63,221 bases of DNA from Eledone cirrhosa (lineage: Eukaryota), in the NCBI GenBank assembly GCA_964016885.1, contig CAXHJY010000807.1, forward strand, positions 1 through 63,221. The letters are read 5' to 3'. The notes under the pieces were generated by a model. It saw nothing but the letters and a program-made list of their open reading frames with translations. It was not told the DNA's origin and made no database searches. The position numbers and the translations under genes were made by a program. Position 1 is the first letter of the stretch. Each line of letters begins with the position of its first letter. Of this stretch, positions 57,182-63,221 are shown piece after piece.

Positions 57182-58626
57182 ATTTATTAATGCATGGACA
57201 GTTATATGACCTCCTTTTCAGCCGAGAGACATACCAATACATATTCAAACATTGATGCATATTCAAACATTGTGGGTCAACATTCATTACAGAATTTAGA
57301 GTGGCAGTACACACTTCGAGATTACATTTATATTAATAGGTACAATCAAAAAAATCAAAGATATAGGTTAAAGTACAACATGAAGATAAGTGGTTATATA
57401 GTGCAAATGTTATATGTGTGGCACGCATGTGCGTCTTGTTTATATAGTGTGGCAGAGAGATATGTGTGGTAGAGGCACTTAGGTAGGTAAATAAGAGTGT
57501 TAGGTTGGTAGATCTGGTGGCAAAGTCTTTATATGATTGATATAGTCTGTGTGTGGAGAAATATTATAAGCATTAAAGATAGTGCAAGCATTAAAAGTGT
57601 TATAAGTATTGGAGATGCACAGCGCAGGGATGTCAAGTAATTCATGTACTTCGGTATTTTCATGGTCAAGGGAGTGTATATTTCGATTATATGCCTTTCA
57701 CATAATCCACGACAATCCAGTTAGAGATCGTAGTCTGGTGCTCTTTAGTTCGATACAGGTGGTTGTTACGTTTCGAGAGACGCCATTGAATACCGGAAGT
57801 GTGTGTGTGGCTAAGGGGAGTTAATGCATGCGGGGAGGTAACTCTGGGGTTTCTATATCTAGCCATTAAAATGTGTCTCAATATAGACCCTAAATTCTAT
57901 GGTGAGGTGCACCTTCCAAGAGAGACTTTTAAAGCATAAAGTGTACTAACTATAGAGTAGTTTAACTAAATTATGCTGAAGGTGATCATATTATTATTAG
58001 GGTGGATTAACCCATCTTAAGGTGCTACAAATGGAAATTATAGATGATGAGCGAGGATTCTAAATTAATGATCTCTATGGTTGTAGTCTGCTCATATGAC
58101 CAGGCGCGGTGATTGCAGGATTGCTTCAGGACCCAATGATCTCTGGTAAGATTCGGGTCATCGCTTGCTACATTGGATGTCGAAAGATAATCATCCCCAG
58201 GCAGGCCAAAGGTCAAGCCGCAGTCCTCGCGACCCCTCTCTGACCGTCAGATCATCCATATACGTACAACCCGCACGGCAGTTGCATTGCATTCACTCAC
58301 TGCGCTCAGCGGCCTGGTCCTACTGGTCAACAGCGCTACTCGATTAAATCATTTTACATCTGTCTAAGGAAGGTGTTTCCTCTGCCCAACACCATCCAAC
58401 CGATCAATTCATGCTCAAATTACCCTTAGAGCGGCGTAGTGCCGTCCAGGTGGGTGGATGTTGTCACACCTGCCGTAGAGGTATAAATGGGTATTTTCCC
58501 TGCGAAGGGTTCCAGAGGGATGTCGTTGTTTGTGTTATAATGGATCAGCTAGTGTTGGGTATGTAGTATAGGGTGTGTCTCTGGTGTTTGATGCTAGATG
58601 TGGTGTTAGGTTCCAGTCCGACATTG

Positions 58627-60438
58627 CTATATATGGGGCTTAAAGTTTTGGAAGGAATGTCTGAGGCGGTGCTGGCAAGTTGCAAACACCTCAGATTTTT
58701 TGTTAAGTAGGTTACGGTTGGAGAAGATAATATTGTGTGTCTCTAGTATACAGAGGTTACAGAATTTATTAGGTGGTTTGTACGAGGTCGCGCTGCCTAT
58801 CACTTCCCATTTGAGTGTGTATGGTTTATTTTTAGATTTTAGATAGTGAATGTAGCTAGAAAGTGAGGTGGAGTTGGCTAGGCTGTGCTTTTTGAACGAG
58901 TGGATGTGCGAGTTATATCTAATTTTGAAGCAGTTAGAAGTGGAGCCTACATAGGTTTCTGAAGAGTTATTAGTCGTGACTGTGCATGAGTATATGACAT
59001 CCTTGGTTAGGCATTTTTTATCTAAAGGGCAGGTTCTATTAGCTCTACAGTTACAATTATTCTGTGCGTTAGTCCGCTGGTTATAATGCAATGCGGAAGT
59101 CTGTGTGGTGGGTATAGGATTTTGGGTGTTCAGGTTGACAACCCTGGTGTTATTACTTATACTAGTGTTATTTCTATTGTTACTGCCGTTGCTATTGTTG
59201 CTTGCTACAGTGGTATTTAGAGGGTTTGCATCCCGTTGCGATTTTGTTTGTTGGAAGTAAGAACTAATTTTACTATTATTGCTGCTAGCTATGTGGTATG
59301 CTAAGTTAGGCGTCGTGGAGTATGAGATTTTAATGGTGTTTTTGTTTAAGAGGTTGTGGTACTTGTGTCCTAGAGGGAAGTTTTTATCTAGTAGTGAGAA
59401 GAAAGCCCTAGGTATGTTGGTGGAGACATTTAGGTTGAAAGGAGGGTTGAAAAATGTATTATTTCTTCTTCTATTTTTGCTTTTAGTGTTTGGTGTGTTG
59501 CTTCCTCCTAAGGCCTCACAGTAGTTTCCATGGTAATGGTTACTTCCGGTGGCACCCTCCGCTTTGGTGTACTTGTGGTTGCTATTCCTATTATTAGATT
59601 TCCTCATGGACATGTTGTGCGAGATGATGTTGTAGCTATGTGTTTTCTTAGGTAGGAACTCAATTTCTATATTATGGCCGGAGCTAGCTAATGCTTGATT
59701 GTAATATTGTGAGTTTTTGCTAAATATGTTTGCGTCATAGGACAGACTAGAGATTCTATTGGACACCCCCTTAGAGATAGAGTTTAATATTGATCTAGGG
59801 TGATTAGACTTGGTATCTACGTAAATAAGTTTCTCATTAGGCTTATGGAAGGGTGTATATATTTTTGAGTCTAGGTATAGTGTGGCGTCTAGGAAGTTAA
59901 CATTTTTAGTGTTTTTGTCCATGGTGATACTAAGGTTAAAGTTTTTGAATGTCTTATGCAGTTGTTTTCTAGTTCTTTCTATATTAAATTTCTTATATTC
60001 TATGAGTAGAAGTGCATCATCGCGGTACAAACCACCGTTGAGGTAAGGGAGGTCTTTATGGATTTCATTGAGGAGGTATAGGCCGACCAAATCAGTGACC
60101 TGCGCCGAGTCACTAGATCCCATGGTTATGTCGAAGTTGTTGTGCGTATCCTTGCGTGTCCATAGTTGGTCCTCGAAGGTGATTATGGTTTTACGGGCCG
60201 CAAGGATGACATCAACCTGGGCTCTAGTCAGGTCGCTATTGGTCATGGCCATGATAAGTGCCTTATTTAATAGGATAGGGGAAATAGAGGTGTAGTATGA
60301 ATTGATATCAAATTGAATAAATTTTTTGTTCTTATTATTCTTGATATCCTTAAACCATTCAATGTTTGAATATGCATCAATGTTTGAATATGTATTGGTA
60401 TGTCTCTCGGCTGAAAAGGAGGTCATATAACTGTCCAT
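58627..60438 (-). CDS. Penelope-like reverse transcriptase / GIY-YIG endonuclease (N-terminally truncated; first ~26 aa come from the inverted pLTR)
   Basis: RT motifs [40 protein letters not shown]; thumb YVDTKSNHP; linker CNCR..CPLDKKC; endonuclease [30 protein letters not shown]. No internal stops. Confidence 0.93.
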   Translation of the reverse strand: MDSYMTSFSAERHTNTYSNIDAYSNIEWFKDIKNNKNKKFIQFDINSYYTSISPILLNKALIMAMTNSDLTRAQVDVILAARKTIITFEDQLWTRKDTHNNFDITMGSSDSAQVTDLVGLYLLNEIHKDLPYLNGGLYRDDALLLIEYKKFNIERTRKQLHKTFKNFNLSITMDKNTKNVNFLDATLYLDSKIYTPFHKPNEKLIYVDTKSNHPRSILNSISKGVSNRISSLSYDANIFSKNSQYYNQALASSGHNIEIEFLPKKTHSYNIISHNMSMRKSNNRNSNHKYTKAEGATGSNHYHGNYCEALGGSNTPNTKSKNRRRNNTFFNPPFNLNVSTNIPRAFFSLLDKNFPLGHKYHNLLNKNTIKISYSTTPNLAYHIASSNNSKISSYFQQTKSQRDANPLNTTVASNNSNGSNNRNNTSISNNTRVVNLNTQNPIPTTQTSALHYNQRTNAQNNCNCRANRTCPLDKKCLTKDVIYSCTVTTNNSSETYVGSTSNCFKIRYNSHIHSFKKHSLANSTSLSSYIHYLKSKNKPYTLKWEVIGSATSYKPPNKFCNLCILETHNIIFSNRNLLNKKSEVFATCQHRLRHSFQNFKPHI

Positions 60439-60450
60439 GCATTAATAAAT

Positions 60451-60497
60451 TGCTCCGAAGAATCCAAACCACGGTTTGGAGGAAACAGCTGTAAGCA
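60451..60497 (+). ncRNA. Inverted copy of the pLTR hammerhead (CCGAAGA core)
   Basis: tgctccgaagaatccaaaccacggtttggaggaaacagctgtaagca. Confidence 0.75.
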
Positions 60498-60539
60498 CAA
60501 TAATGTTTTGAACAGTTCTTTGATTCTTATATTTCATAT

Positions 60540-60684
60540 GTATATATATATGTATATGTATATATATGTATATGTATATATGTATATGTATATATATATA
60601 TGTATATATATATATGTATATGTATATGTATATATATATATGTATATATATAAGTATATATATATATATATATGTATATATATG

Positions 60685-60751
<67 letters not shown>

Positions 60752-61166
60752 GTATATATATATATATGTATATGTATATATATATATATGTATATATATA
60801 TTATATATATGTATATATATATGTATATATATATTATATATATGTATATATATATGTATATATATATGTATATATATATTATATATATGTATATATATAT
60901 GTATATATATATGTATATATATATTATATATATATTATATTATATATATATTATATATATATTATATTATATATATATTATATATATATATTATATATAT
61001 ATATATATTATATATATATTATATTATATATATATTATATATTATATATATATATATATTATATATATATATATATTATATATATATATATATATGTTAT
61101 ATATATGTATATATGTATATATGTATATGTATATATATATATATTATATGTATATATGTATATATG

Positions 61167-61198
<32 letters not shown>

Positions 61199-61273
61199 AT
61201 ATATATATATGTATATATATATATATTATATATATATATATTTATATATTATATATATATATATATTATATAT

Positions 61274-61307
<34 letters not shown>

Positions 61308-61369
61308 ATATATATATAGTATTATTATATATATATATATATATTATATATTATATATATATATATTAT

Positions 61370-61411
<42 letters not shown>

Positions 61412-61484
61412 TATATATATATTATATATATATATTATATATATATATTATATATATATATATATATATAATATTATATATATA

Positions 61485-61515
<31 letters not shown>

Positions 61516-61597
61516 ATATTATATATATATATATTATATATATATTATATATATATATATTATATATATATTATATATATATATATTATATATATAT

Positions 61598-61629
<32 letters not shown>

Positions 61630-61716
61630 TATATATATATTATATATATATTATATATATATTATATATATATATATATATTATATATATATATATATTA
61701 TATATATATATATATT

Positions 61717-61774
<58 letters not shown>

Positions 61775-62326
61775 TATATATATATATATTATATATATAT
61801 ATTATATATATATTATTTATTATATATATATATATTATATATATATATATTATATATTATATATATATATATTATATATTATATATATATATATTATATA
61901 TTATATATATATATATTATATATATATATTATATATATATATTATATATATATATATTATATATATATATTATATATATATTATATATATATTATATATA
62001 TATTATATATATATATTATATATATATATTATATATATATATTATATATATATATATATTATATATATATTATATATATATTATATATATATATATTATA
62101 TATTATATATATATATTATATATATATATATTATATATATATTATATATATATTATATATATATATATTATATATATATATTATATTATATATATATTAT
62201 ATATATATATATTATATATTATATATATATATATTATATATATTATTATATATATATATATTATATATATATATATTATATATATATATATTATATATTA
62301 TATATATATATATTATATATATATAT

Positions 62327-62358
<32 letters not shown>

Positions 62359-63221
62359 ATATTATATATATATATTATATATATATATAATTAATATTAT
62401 ATATATATATTATATTTATATATATATTATATATATTATATATTATATATATTATATATATATATATATTATATATAATATATATATATATATATAATAT
62501 ATATATATAATATATATATATAATATATATATATATAATATATAATATATATATATATAATATATATATATAATATAATATATATATATAATATATAATA
62601 TATTTATATATAATATATATATAATATAATATATATATATAATATATAATATAGATATATATAATATAAATATAATATATATATAATATATATATATATA
62701 ATATATAATATATATATATATAATATATATATATAATATAATATATATATATAATATATAATATATATATATATAATATATATATAATATATATATATAT
62801 AATATATAATATATATATATATAATAATATATATATATATATATAATATATATATATATAATATATATATATATATTATATATATATATTATATATATAT
62901 ATATATATTATATATATATATATTATATATATATATTATATATATATATATTATATATTATATATATTATATATTATATATATATATATATATATATTAT
63001 ATAATATATATAATATATAATATATTATATATATATATTATATATAATATATATATATATTATATATAATATATTATATATTATATATATATATATTATA
63101 TATTATATATATATATATTATATATTATATATATATATATTATATATAATATATTATATATTATATATATTATATATTATATATATATATATATATTATA
63201 TATTATATATATTATATATAT
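60540..63221. repeat. (AT)n microsatellite with G, TT and AA phase-shift variants
   Basis: Read directly from the sequence. Confidence 0.98.

Larger units (their letters stand above)
56931..60539 (-). mobile_element. Penelope-like retroelement, 5'-truncated with inverted pLTR segment, inserted in (TA)n
   Basis: RT+GIY-YIG ORF; 180-bp inverted repeat 57093-57272 / 60360-60539 containing an HHR; (TA)n-rich tracts on both sides. Confidence 0.92.

Noticed and set aside
57194-57472. Plus-strand ORF sharing its N-terminus with the RT ORF
   Set aside because: A consequence of the 180-bp inverted repeat, not a separate gene.
58627-60438. Naiad/Chlamys-type or selenoprotein-encoding PLE; telomerase
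   Set aside because: The endonuclease is C-terminal, there is no in-frame TGA, and no telomerase-specific domains are visible.

Overview
Eukaryotic, very AT-rich, repeat-dominated animal DNA. The huge (AT)n/(TATG)n/(CTGT)n tracts and the SINE families suggest a coleoid cephalopod such as Octopus; this is inference, not a database match. Almost all long ORFs in the supplied track are microsatellite artefacts. The only long genuine ORF is a 5'-truncated Penelope-like retroelement (PLE; reverse transcriptase + C-terminal GIY-YIG endonuclease, minus strand, 58627-60438), which sits between (TA)n tracts and is bracketed by a 180-bp inverted pseudo-LTR. The most notable signal is a set of sequence-unrelated type I minimal hammerhead ribozymes (HHRs): (i) one in the PLE pLTR with a variant CCGAAGA core, (ii) three in a non-coding 2803-bp tandem-plus-inversion element at 8936-14272, (iii) a retrozyme-like trimer of ~190-nt units at 55697-56370, and (iv) several degenerate or fold-back copies. 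Together they suggest an autonomous PLE plus non-autonomous ribozyme-processed RNAs that accumulate in (TA)n. The window also holds many tRNA-derived SINEs of two families, CR1-, RTE- and Tx1/L1-type LINE 3' fragments, a mariner deletion derivative, a hAT-like MITE, a Helitron helicase relic, several minisatellites, a candidate promoter, and weakly supported decayed exons that may derive from cytokine-receptor-like genes.
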